Positions 7,460 to 15,545 of a stretch of 17,467 nucleotides of DNA are shown in pieces; position 1 is the stretch's first letter, and every line of letters starts with the position of its first letter. This DNA is from Vulcanimicrobiota bacterium (GTDB lineage Bacteria > Vulcanimicrobiota > Vulcanimicrobiia > Vulcanimicrobiales > Vulcanimicrobiaceae). The notes under the pieces were generated by a model. That model saw only the letters and a list, made by a program, of their open reading frames with translations. It searched no databases and was not told the DNA's origin. The stretch lies in contig PKZK01000209.1 in assembly GCA_003133025.1 (NCBI GenBank), positions 260-17,726 of the forward strand, given 5' to 3'. The position numbers were made by a program, and so were the translations under genes.

Positions 7460-10027
7460 CTACAGGCCGCTGAAGTTCTGCGGCAGGATCTGCGACGGCG
7501 AGTTGAAGCCGCCCGGCGTCGCCTGGCCGGGGAAGGCCAGGATCGTGACGTTGAAGGTCAGCGACTTGAAATCTTCGCTGTACGAGAGGTCGAGGCGGTA
7601 ACAGTCGTCCACGACCTTCGACAGGTAGATGTTCTTGTTCTCGAGCGCGCCCTTGTTCTTCCAATCGAGGTTGGTCGAGAACTGAAGCGTCGTGTCGCGC
7701 CCGAACGGCGTCTGCACTTGGACGTTGGTCAGGCCGAAGCCGTTGCCCGGTCCGGGCGACCAGAATCCGCCGAGCACCAGGAGCGAGCGCGGCGAGAGCC
7801 GCGTGTCCAACTGATAGGTGATCGGCTGGGCTTCTTCGTCGAAGTTCGTACCGGTCGAGAGGGCCAGGGTGTAGATGTCGCGGTTGAAGATGCGCACGGT
7901 GTCTTGGAGCGACTTCGAGCCGCCCGAGAGTTGGTCGAGGAATTCGAAGGGCACCGTAGCCGGGCCGATCGGGTGCTGCTCGTTGTAGGTCACCGAGTTG
8001 ACCAGGCTCTGCCCGAACGGCGTGGAGAGCGAGACGTCCTGGGTTTCGAACGCCTTCTCGTCGCCCGTCCCGTAGTAATCTTGACGCACGTTCCAGTCGA
8101 CGTTGAGATCGCTCGTGCCCAGTTTGAACGCGGCCGGTTCGTTGAGATAGAACTCGCCGCGCGAGGTCGAGAAGCCGTTTTCCGGCTCGCTGTATTCGCC
8201 GACGGTCAACTGGATCTCGGGCGCGTACATGAAGCCGTGCCAGTCGATGTGCGGATTGACTTGCAGTTCGGGCAGGCGGTTGTAGCCGAAGGCGTCGGAC
8301 GAGAAATTCGTCTTGTCGTAAACCAGATCGTAGTCGGCGAACCGGCTGAAGATGTGCGTGTCGGTATTGATGTGAATCGAACTGCTGCTCTGCACGCTGT
8401 TGGTCGTGTTCGTATAGCTCAAATTGATCAATTGCTGGATGTTCGGGCTGATCCGAAAATTGTCGACGAAGCCGATGTTGACGCTGTCCTGCAACGAGCC
8501 TTGCCGGAAATCCGAGAAGGTCAAGGTCTCGCTCACGTTGTTGCCCGTGCGGGCCAGCGTGGCGGTGAGGTTGATGCTCGCGGGCAGGCTGACGCCCGAG
8601 CCGAAATCGCCCTGATAGGCGATGCCGAATTGGCCGCGCAAGCGATTCGAAAAGTTCTCTTGCTCTTGGATGTTGACGTTGGTCTCGCGCGCCTCTTCGA
8701 CGTGATCGGAGATCGTGTAGGTATCGATCGTCAGATAACGCCGCTTGTTCTTGGTGCCGATCACGGCCGAGTAGCCGACGCCCAAGCCGCGCTTGGTGTA
8801 GTAGTCGACGCGATAGTACCCGTAGTACGTGTCGGAGGGCGCGAAGCCCAAGCGCACCTTGATGAAGTACCCGTCGATCTCGTCGTAGCCGACCAAAGGT
8901 AAGAAGGTCGTCGGGCGGCGCGGATCGGTCGCGTTCTTCAACGGAATGACCATGAACGGCAGGTAGAAGATCGCCAGCGGCCCGAGGAAAATCGTGGCCT
9001 TGCGCGCGACGAGCTTGTCGCCCGGCGTCACGTCGATCGTGCGCGCCTCGACGTGGTAGCCGCGATGCGGATCCTCGCAGGTGGTGAAGGTCGCGCGATC
9101 GCCGTGGGTCACCCCGTTGGAAAGCGAGGTCATCTGTTCGGCGCTGTAGTGGATCTTGCCGTGCTGCACGCCGGCGACCGACTCGCCGCGTCCGTTGGTC
9201 AAGAGCGCCTTGCGCGTCACCGTGTCGAAGGTGATCGCGTCGGCGTACAGGATCGAGTCTTGCTCGCGATTGAGCAGGTACGTGTGGCCGGTGATCGTGA
9301 TCGTGTGATCGCCGTCGAAGGCGGCCTTATCGCCCACGATCTGGCCTTCGCTGTAGAAGATGTGCACGTTGCCGGTCGCCTCGCCCGGCGCGTGCTCGAC
9401 GTTGAAGCCGTGCACGGTGTCGGCCATGATCACCATGTCGTAGGGCCGCAACGTCGGGATCGGCGTCGGCCCCGCGGCCGTCGGCTGCGGCAGGGGGGTG
9501 CCGCGCGTCGAGCCGACCGGCGCGATCGTCGGCGGACCCGTCGAGGGCACGAGCAACACCGGACCACCCGTGACCGTCGGCGCGACGGTCGGGAACGGCG
9601 GCGGGGTCACGACCGGCGTGCCGGTGGGAATCGGGGTCGGCGGGATGATCACGCTCGGCGCCCGCGGTGCCTGCGGCAACGACGGCGTGGGAACCGCGGT
9701 CGGGCCGGCGGTGGGCGCGCTCGTCGGCGGCGACTGATCCGGCGCGCCCGTCGGGGCAACGTTCGCTGCGCCGCTGGGCGCCGCGCTCGGCGCAGCCTGA
9801 TCCACCGGCGGCGAGTCGCTCTGACTGATGAAGATGACGTGCTTCGGATCGAAGGTCCACGCCGGCGGCACCGTCGCCGCGGCGTGCGGCCCGGTCGCGG
9901 AGGAGCAACTGTTCATCACCGTCGCGAGCTGCGGATCGATATCCGGCTCGCCGCTCGAGGCCGACGACGCGGCCGGGTCGAGCGCGGCCAACAGCGCCAG
10001 CAGCAGGACGGGCAGGTGCGCCCGCAC
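7460..10027 (-). CDS. lptD: LptD/OstA-like outer-membrane LPS assembly protein with a long Pro/Thr/Ala-rich N-terminal extension
   Basis: Signal peptide from GTG 10027 (GAGG 6 nt upstream); OstA-like domain (EATGNVHI, ADAITFD); ATFTTC...YHVEARTIDVTPG, PLAIFYLPF and RVDYYTKRGLGVG motifs; amphipathic beta-strand C-terminus with DDCY. Confidence 0.82.
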   Translation of the reverse strand: MRAHLPVLLLALLAALDPAASSASSGEPDIDPQLATVMNSCSSATGPHAAATVPPAWTFDPKHVIFISQSDSPPVDQAAPSAAPSGAANVAPTGAPDQSPPTSAPTAGPTAVPTPSLPQAPRAPSVIIPPTPIPTGTPVVTPPPFPTVAPTVTGGPVLLVPSTGPPTIAPVGSTRGTPLPQPTAAGPTPIPTLRPYDMVIMADTVHGFNVEHAPGEATGNVHIFYSEGQIVGDKAAFDGDHTITITGHTYLLNREQDSILYADAITFDTVTRKALLTNGRGESVAGVQHGKIHYSAEQMTSLSNGVTHGDRATFTTCEDPHRGYHVEARTIDVTPGDKLVARKATIFLGPLAIFYLPFMVIPLKNATDPRRPTTFLPLVGYDEIDGYFIKVRLGFAPSDTYYGYYRVDYYTKRGLGVGYSAVIGTKNKRRYLTIDTYTISDHVEEARETNVNIQEQENFSNRLRGQFGIAYQGDFGSGVSLPASINLTATLARTGNNVSETLTFSDFRQGSLQDSVNIGFVDNFRISPNIQQLINLSYTNTTNSVQSSSSIHINTDTHIFSRFADYDLVYDKTNFSSDAFGYNRLPELQVNPHIDWHGFMYAPEIQLTVGEYSEPENGFSTSRGEFYLNEPAAFKLGTSDLNVDWNVRQDYYGTGDEKAFETQDVSLSTPFGQSLVNSVTYNEQHPIGPATVPFEFLDQLSGGSKSLQDTVRIFNRDIYTLALSTGTNFDEEAQPITYQLDTRLSPRSLLVLGGFWSPGPGNGFGLTNVQVQTPFGRDTTLQFSTNLDWKNKGALENKNIYLSKVVDDCYRLDLSYSEDFKSLTFNVTILAFPGQATPGGFNSPSQILPQNFSGL

Positions 10028-10035
10028 ACGCGGCC

Positions 10036-11193
10036 TCAGCGCTCGACCCGCCTGAAGAGAAACGCCCCGCCGACACCCATCACGATGTTGGGAATCCACG
10101 CAGCCAGGTACGGGTCCATCGCGGCGTTCTTGCCCAGGGCCGCAAACGCCGACATCATCAGGTAGTAACCGAAGAACAGCAAGATCGAAAGTGCGATGCC
10201 CAGCGTGCGGCCCTTCTTGCCGAACATCGTGGCCAGGGGCAAGCCGATCAGCACCGCGACGAACGACGAGAACGGCAAGGCCAACTTTTGCGCGAGCGTG
10301 ATCTTCAGCGAGTCGAGGCTCGGGCCGCCCGAACCCGTCACCTGCATCGCGTGGATCTGCTGCGAGAGTTGTTTCGAGTTCATGGTGTACGCGTCGGCGT
10401 TGGCGGTGTTGAGGAATTGATCGACGTTTTCACCCACGGGCAGGCCGACGTACAAGTCCTTCACCACCGTGCCACCGTTGAATTCGCCCGTGGCCTTGAA
10501 GCGCGTGACGCGTGCTTGATGCAGGTGCAGGCCCTGGTTTTCGATGTCGGCGTCGTCGGCGTTGGTCACCTGACGGTACGGCGTGATGATGGCCGGCTCG
10601 AAGATCATCACGTGCTTGAGCGTCTTGTGGTCGGCCGAGATGTCGCCCACGTAGAAGACGCGTCCGGTCGTATCGTCCTTGCGGAAAAACTCCGGCAGGA
10701 TCGGCAGTTCCGAGGTGTGATAGATGATCTGGTAAAAGGTCCGCGTCGAGAGTTCGACGGCCTTCGGCGTGACGGTGTCGTTGATGTAGTACGACAGGCC
10801 GAACATCGCCAAGCCGAGCACGAGCGGCATCAAGCAGATGCGGATGAACGGGATGCCCGAGGTGCGCATCGCGACCAGCTCGTTGTCGGCGGCCAAACGG
10901 CTGAAGGCCAAGAGCGTCGCGAACAGCGAGGCGAAGGGAAAGGCCCACGGCGTGCTCTGCGGTATGCGAAACAGCAAGAAGCGCAGCACCAGAAAGATCG
11001 AGGCGTGTGCGTTGATGATGTAGTCGGCCGCCAAGAAAAAGATGTTGACGAACCAGAACAGCAGCACCGCGCCCAGCGAAAATAGGAACGGCCCCGTCAA
11101 TTCCTTGACGATGTAGGCGTCCATGATCGGGATGCGCAGGCGGCTCTCGCTCGGCGCGTACGGCGCGACGCGAAGCCCGGAGGCGGTGGCCAC
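10036..11193 (-). CDS. LptF/LptG (YjgP/YjgQ) family permease
   Basis: IMDAYIVKEL, RLAADNELVAMRTSGI, KLALPFSSFVAVLIGLPL, AAWIPNI; 3 TM + periplasmic domain + 3 TM layout. Confidence 0.92.
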   Translation of the reverse strand: MATASGLRVAPYAPSESRLRIPIMDAYIVKELTGPFLFSLGAVLLFWFVNIFFLAADYIINAHASIFLVLRFLLFRIPQSTPWAFPFASLFATLLAFSRLAADNELVAMRTSGIPFIRICLMPLVLGLAMFGLSYYINDTVTPKAVELSTRTFYQIIYHTSELPILPEFFRKDDTTGRVFYVGDISADHKTLKHVMIFEPAIITPYRQVTNADDADIENQGLHLHQARVTRFKATGEFNGGTVVKDLYVGLPVGENVDQFLNTANADAYTMNSKQLSQQIHAMQVTGSGGPSLDSLKITLAQKLALPFSSFVAVLIGLPLATMFGKKGRTLGIALSILLFFGYYLMMSAFAALGKNAAMDPYLAAWIPNIVMGVGGAFLFRRVER

Positions 11194-11198
11194 GCGGC

Positions 11199-11675
11199 CT
11201 ACAGGAAGCTGCTGCGCAGCGCCGCCGTCACCCGCGCCACGTACGCGCGAGTTTCACGAAACGGCGGAATCCCGTGCGAGGCGTCGACGGCGCCCGGGCC
11301 CGCGTTGTATGCGGCCAGTGCGAGCGAGACGTCGTTGTGGTAACGCACGAGTAAATCGTGCATGTAACGGCAGCCACCCGCCACGTTCTCGGCGGGGTCG
11401 AAGCGGTTCTTCACACCATAGATGGCGGCCGTCTCGGGCATCAATTGCATCAAGCCGCCGGCACCCGAGGCGCTGACGGCGCTGGGGTCGGCGTGGGACT
11501 CGACGCCGATCATCGCCTTGACCAGAGCCGGCGAGACATGATTGCGCGACGACTCCTGATGGACGAGCCGGAGCAGGGTGTCGGTGTCGATGGAGTGCGG
11601 GCCCGACGGCACGATGCCGCCGCCGCTGCAGCCATACAACCCGGCAAGGAGGGCAAACCCGAGCAGTAATCTCAC
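11199..11675 (-). CDS. Lytic transglycosylase (SLT/GH23) lipoprotein, 158 aa from GTG 11675
   Basis: Catalytic VES, GLMQLMP, ALAAYNAG, ETRAYV; signal peptide MRLLLGFALLAGLYG-C. The longer start at 11765 is possible. Confidence 0.9.
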   Translation of the reverse strand: MRLLLGFALLAGLYGCSGGGIVPSGPHSIDTDTLLRLVHQESSRNHVSPALVKAMIGVESHADPSAVSASGAGGLMQLMPETAAIYGVKNRFDPAENVAGGCRYMHDLLVRYHNDVSLALAAYNAGPGAVDASHGIPPFRETRAYVARVTAALRSSFL

Positions 11676-11746
11676 GCGCGCCGAGCCTTCGGCGGCGGAG
11701 CGCCCCCGCCTTTGGTCGTTCGGCGCTCGGGCTTCCGTCGAGCCCA

Positions 11747-11755
11747 AATCTAACA
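11747..11755 (-). promoter_or_regulatory. Candidate extended -10 promoter for the transglycosylase-lpt operon
   Basis: Minus strand TG-T-TAGATT (TGnTAnnnT); no good -35. Confidence 0.35.
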
Positions 11756-11775
11756 CCCGTTTCACGGATCGCGCA

Positions 11776-11791
11776 TCGAACGTCAGTTCGA
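11776..11791. promoter_or_regulatory. LexA (SOS) box, Gram-positive/actinobacterial type
   Basis: TCGAAC-GTCA-GTTCGA matches TCGAAC-N4-GTTCGA exactly; intergenic; the palindrome extends to 11771-11796. Confidence 0.65.
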
Positions 11792-11828
11792 TGCGCTCAC
11801 ATTTCGCGCGATAAGCGAGCGGGCGCGC

Positions 11829-11857
11829 TTGCGCCTACGGCTGACGCCGGATATAGT
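11829..11857 (+). promoter_or_regulatory. Sigma70/SigA promoter of the dcw operon
   Basis: TTGCGC-N17-TATAGT immediately upstream of the MraZ boxes. Confidence 0.75.
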
Positions 11858-11858
11858 T

Positions 11859-11896
11859 GTGGTACTCAGTGGGGCTCAGTGGGGCTTGGTGGGGGA
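11859..11896 (+). promoter_or_regulatory. MraZ-binding direct repeats (4 x GTGG at 10-bp period)
   Basis: GTGGTACTCA GTGGGGCTCA GTGGGGCTTG GTGGGGGA, resembling known TGGG/GTGG MraZ operators. Confidence 0.85.
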
Positions 11897-11902
11897 TTTT
11901 CT

Positions 11903-12346
11903 CTGTCGCAGTCGATCCCGCGATTCGTTGGTCAGGCCGAACATGTCCTTGATAACAAGGGCCGCTTGGTCGTGCCCGCGCGTTTTCGCGAACGGCTGGG
12001 CCAAGGTTTCATCTTGACCATCGGGCGGACGGAGCAATGCCTGCTGCTGTACCCGTCGGCAACGTGGGAGCAGGTCTCGCAACAGATGGACGAGGCCGCC
12101 GAGATGAATGAGGACCACTGGCGCGCGGTCCGCTTCATCAACCTCCATACGGAAGAAGCGGAGTGCGACTCGCAAGGGCGCCTGTTCATCCCGTCCAAGC
12201 TGCGCGACTTCGCCGGCCTCGTAAGCAAGGCGGTCACCATCGGCAATCAGCGCCGCGTCGAGGTGTGGGAGCCCGAACGGCTCGCGCAGCAGAGCCTGAG
12301 TCCCGAGGAGCTGTCGGGCTTCTCAACCCGCCTGAGGCTCAACTGA
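11903..12346 (+). CDS. mraZ: dcw cluster transcriptional regulator MraZ (probable CTG start; GTG 11879 is the alternative)
   Basis: Two MraZ repeats: LDNKGRLVVPARFR and CDSQGRLFIPSKLR, plus RVEVW; position at the head of dcw. Confidence 0.95.
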   Translation: MSQSIPRFVGQAEHVLDNKGRLVVPARFRERLGQGFILTIGRTEQCLLLYPSATWEQVSQQMDEAAEMNEDHWRAVRFINLHTEEAECDSQGRLFIPSKLRDFAGLVSKAVTIGNQRRVEVWEPERLAQQSLSPEELSGFSTRLRLN

Positions 12347-13200
12347 ATGCCGCGCACGTTCCCGTGTTGCTCGGCGAAGCCGTCGATCTGCTCGACGTTC
12401 GCCCCGGCGGCTTCTACCTCGACGGCACCTTCGGCGCGGGCGGCCACACGCGCGAGATCGTGGCGCGCGGCGGTCGCGTCCTCGCCTTCGACGTCGATGC
12501 GAGTGCAACGCTGCCCGACGATCTCGCCGGCGCTGCGACGCTCGTGCATGCCAACTTCGCGAACCTCGCGGACGAACTCGACGCACGTGGCCTCGAGCGC
12601 GTCGACGGCGTGCTCTTCGACGTGGGCGTTTCGTCGATGCAGATCGACGAGCCCGAGCGCGGCTTCTCCTTTTCGAGCGATGGGCCCATCGACATGCGCA
12701 TGAGCGGCAGCGGGCGCAGCGCCTACGACCTGCTCTCGGATCTGGACGAGCGCGAACTCGCCGACCTCATCTATACGTACGGCGAGGAGCGCGCTTCGCG
12801 GCGCATCGCGCGGGCCATCGTGAACGCCCGCGAGCGCGGCGCGTTGCCCACCGGCACGGCGGCTCTGGCGGCGCTCGTCGCGCGTGCGTCCGGCGCGCGC
12901 GGCTACTGGCGCATCCATCCCGCGACGCGCACCTTCCAGGCGTTGCGCATCGCGGTCAACGACGAACTGGATTCTCTCCGGCGCGGACTCGCCGCCGCAA
13001 CCGAACGGACCCGCATCGGCGGTCGCATCGCAATCATCAGCTTCCACAGCCTCGAGGACCGTATCGTGAAGACGACGTTTAGAGACGATCCGCGCTTACA
13101 TGCGCTGACCAAGAAGCCGATTCTGCCCAGCGCCGAGGAGTCGGCGCGGAACCCGCGGGCGCGCAGCGCCAAGTTGCGCGGCGCGGAGCGCACGGCATGA
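12343..13200 (+). CDS. rsmH: 16S rRNA m4C1402 methyltransferase RsmH (probable CTG start overlapping the mraZ stop)
   Basis: HVPVLL, DGTFGAGGH, DVGVSSMQID, GPIDMRM, YGEER, HPATRTFQALRIAVNDEL, ISFHSLEDRIVK, NPRARSAKLR. Confidence 0.96.
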   Translation: MNAAHVPVLLGEAVDLLDVRPGGFYLDGTFGAGGHTREIVARGGRVLAFDVDASATLPDDLAGAATLVHANFANLADELDARGLERVDGVLFDVGVSSMQIDEPERGFSFSSDGPIDMRMSGSGRSAYDLLSDLDERELADLIYTYGEERASRRIARAIVNARERGALPTGTAALAALVARASGARGYWRIHPATRTFQALRIAVNDELDSLRRGLAAATERTRIGGRIAIISFHSLEDRIVKTTFRDDPRLHALTKKPILPSAEESARNPRARSAKLRGAERTA

Positions 13201-13640
13201 TTGCATACTCTCTGCACGGTGGCAACGGCGACGACGGTGAGAAACGCCAGCGAGCCGGCACCCGCGCGGGTCAGACCGCGGCTCAACTGCGGCGCGCGCG
13301 CGCCGCGCGCATGCGTCACCGCAACCTCGTCTTGGGACTCGGCGGCTTGGCCATCGCGACGCTCGTGGTCATCAGTTATTTGACCTTGATGAGCGGCGTG
13401 TACCGGCTCGACTACACCCTGCACGAACTCGAAGCGACGCGCAAGACGCTGGCCGAAGAGTCGGCGCGGCTCGACGACGGCATCTCGCAACTCGAGTCGC
13501 GCGACCGTTTGGCCGCGATTGCCGACAAGCTCGGCATGCGCGATTCGGCGGGCTACGCCGTCGCCATCGTTCCGCGTCCGGTCGAAGAGAAGCCGCACGG
13601 TCTGGCGTTTCTCCCCATCGCATCGAACTGGCTGCGGTAA
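13197..13640 (+). CDS. ftsL: FtsL-like cell division protein
   Basis: Basic cytoplasmic N-terminus, single TM, coiled coil, RLAAIADKLGM; lies between rsmH and ftsI; ATGA overlap. Confidence 0.72.
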   Translation: MIAYSLHGGNGDDGEKRQRAGTRAGQTAAQLRRARAARMRHRNLVLGLGGLAIATLVVISYLTLMSGVYRLDYTLHELEATRKTLAEESARLDDGISQLESRDRLAAIADKLGMRDSAGYAVAIVPRPVEEKPHGLAFLPIASNWLR

Positions 13641-13646
13641 CGCCCG

Positions 13647-15545
13647 GTGCAGCGCCCTTGGCCGGCGCCCGCTCCCGACCGGAGTGGGCCTGAGGGGACG
13701 TCCCGTTCCCGCGAGAGGATAACGCGTCCGCTCGCGCGCGTGGTGGGTGCGCGCGCGCGCTGGCTCTTCTACATCTTCGCGCTGCTGGCGCTGTTTCTGA
13801 TTTGGCGCCTCTACGTCGTGCAGATTCGCGACGGCCCGTGGCTCGCCGAGAAGGCGCGACAGCAACACGAGTCGATGGTGCCGCTCGATGCGCGGCGGGG
13901 CACGATCTACGATCGCGACGGCAACGTGCTCGCGCGTTCGCTCGGCGCCGATAGCGTCTACGTCTCGCTCTCCGAAGCGCACGACCGGGCCGAGACCGCG
14001 CGCGAACTGGGCGCGGCGCTGGGCATCGCGCCCGAACGCGTGCTCGAACGCATCGACGTGCGCGGCGGCTACGTGCTCGTCGCGCGCAAGATTTCGCACG
14101 AGACCGCGGCGCGCGTCAGCAAAGCCAACATACCCGGCGTCGACGTGGTGCACGAGGAGACCGGCGTGCGCTTTGCACCCTCGGGCCGGCTCGCCTCGAC
14201 CGTGCTCGGCTTCACCGGCGTCGACGACAACGGCCTCGAAGGCATCGAATACTATTACGACTCGCTGCTCAGCGCGAAGTCGGGCAAGGAAGTCGACGAA
14301 GGCGACCAGTGGGGCCGTCCGTTTCCGTTTGCCCAGCAACACGTCGTGCAGGCGCCGCGTCAAGGCTACGACCTGGCGCTCACGCTCGATTCGTACTTGC
14401 AGTTCAGCACCGAACGCGTCTTGCGCGATACGGTCGCGCAATTCCACGCTGCGTCGGGTACGGCGCTGGTGATGGATCCCTATACCGGTGAGATCTTGGC
14501 GCTGGCCAACGTGCCGGACTACGACGTCGGCCGGTACGATCGCGCCTCCGCCGACGCGCGTCGCAACCGCGCCGTCTCCGATGTGTACGAACCCGGCTCG
14601 ACCTTCAAGCTGATCACGGCGGCCGCCGCACTGGATAGCGGTAAGGTGACGCCGGCGGATCGCTTTCCGGCGCTCGACGAGTTACGCGTCGGCGACCGCG
14701 TGATCCACAACGCCGACGACGATCTTCCCGCGAGCGGCTTGGGCACCGAAAATCTGGAAGACATCATCGCGCTCTCGCACAACGTCGGCGCCGCCGAAGT
14801 GGGGCTGCGCATCGGCGAGCGCACGATGGCCGCCGCGCTGCAGCGCTTCGGATTCGACCGGACGACGCGGGCCGGGCTGCCCGGCGAAACCTCGGGCATC
14901 GTGCCGCCGCTCGAAACCTGGAGCCGCACGTCGCTGCCTACGATCGCGTTCGGCCACGGCATCGCCGTCACGCCGATCGAACTCGTGCGCGCCTACTGCG
15001 CGATCGCCAACGGCGGCTGGCTCGTGCGCCCGCGCATCCTCGACGCGATCATGAACCCCGACGGCAAGCCCGTCTACCGCTATCGCGCCGAGCTCGAGCG
15101 CCGCGCGATCAGCCCCGAAACCGCGGCCATCTTGCGCGGATATCTCCGTGCCGTGGTGCTTCGCGGGACCGGCGCGTCGGCGCGCATTCCGGGCTACACG
15201 ACGGCGGGCAAGACCGGCACGGCCCAGGTGGCCGAGCACGGCCGCTACGTGCAGGGACAGTACATCGCATCCTTCATCGGCATGGTCCCGGCGGAGAAGC
15301 CGCGCTACGTCATCCTGGTCAAGGTCGAGAAGCCGCGCGGCGCGATCTACGGCAGCGTCGTGGCGGCCCCGGCCTTCGCCCGCATCGCCAAGCTGGCCAT
15401 GCTGCATGCCGGCGTGCTGCCCGATCCGGCCGTCGGCGCGGCGCCGGGTGCGGCCGGTACGCACCACCTCGCCAAGACGCCTTTACGACAACCGCACGCG
15501 GCGGCATCGGTGAACGGCGCCTCCGCGTCGAAGCAGCATCCATGA
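13647..15545 (+). CDS. ftsI: Class B penicillin-binding protein (FtsI/PBP3-like transpeptidase)
   Basis: TM anchor, RGTIYDRDG, GLEGIE, LTLD, YEPGSTFK (SxxK), SHN, KTGT; no PASTA domain evident. Start approximate. Confidence 0.92.
   Translation: MQRPWPAPAPDRSGPEGTSRSRERITRPLARVVGARARWLFYIFALLALFLIWRLYVVQIRDGPWLAEKARQQHESMVPLDARRGTIYDRDGNVLARSLGADSVYVSLSEAHDRAETARELGAALGIAPERVLERIDVRGGYVLVARKISHETAARVSKANIPGVDVVHEETGVRFAPSGRLASTVLGFTGVDDNGLEGIEYYYDSLLSAKSGKEVDEGDQWGRPFPFAQQHVVQAPRQGYDLALTLDSYLQFSTERVLRDTVAQFHAASGTALVMDPYTGEILALANVPDYDVGRYDRASADARRNRAVSDVYEPGSTFKLITAAAALDSGKVTPADRFPALDELRVGDRVIHNADDDLPASGLGTENLEDIIALSHNVGAAEVGLRIGERTMAAALQRFGFDRTTRAGLPGETSGIVPPLETWSRTSLPTIAFGHGIAVTPIELVRAYCAIANGGWLVRPRILDAIMNPDGKPVYRYRAELERRAISPETAAILRGYLRAVVLRGTGASARIPGYTTAGKTGTAQVAEHGRYVQGQYIASFIGMVPAEKPRYVILVKVEKPRGAIYGSVVAAPAFARIAKLAMLHAGVLPDPAVGAAPGAAGTHHLAKTPLRQPHAAASVNGASASKQHP

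Noticed and set aside
11786..11804. CRP site suggested by TCACATTT (11797-11804)
   Set aside because: Only one half-site matches; the partner half at N6 spacing (GTTCG) does not resemble TGTGA.
15420..15545. C-terminal extension of FtsI as an extra domain
   Set aside because: About 40 aa of Ala/Pro-rich low-complexity tail with no PASTA or other motif.
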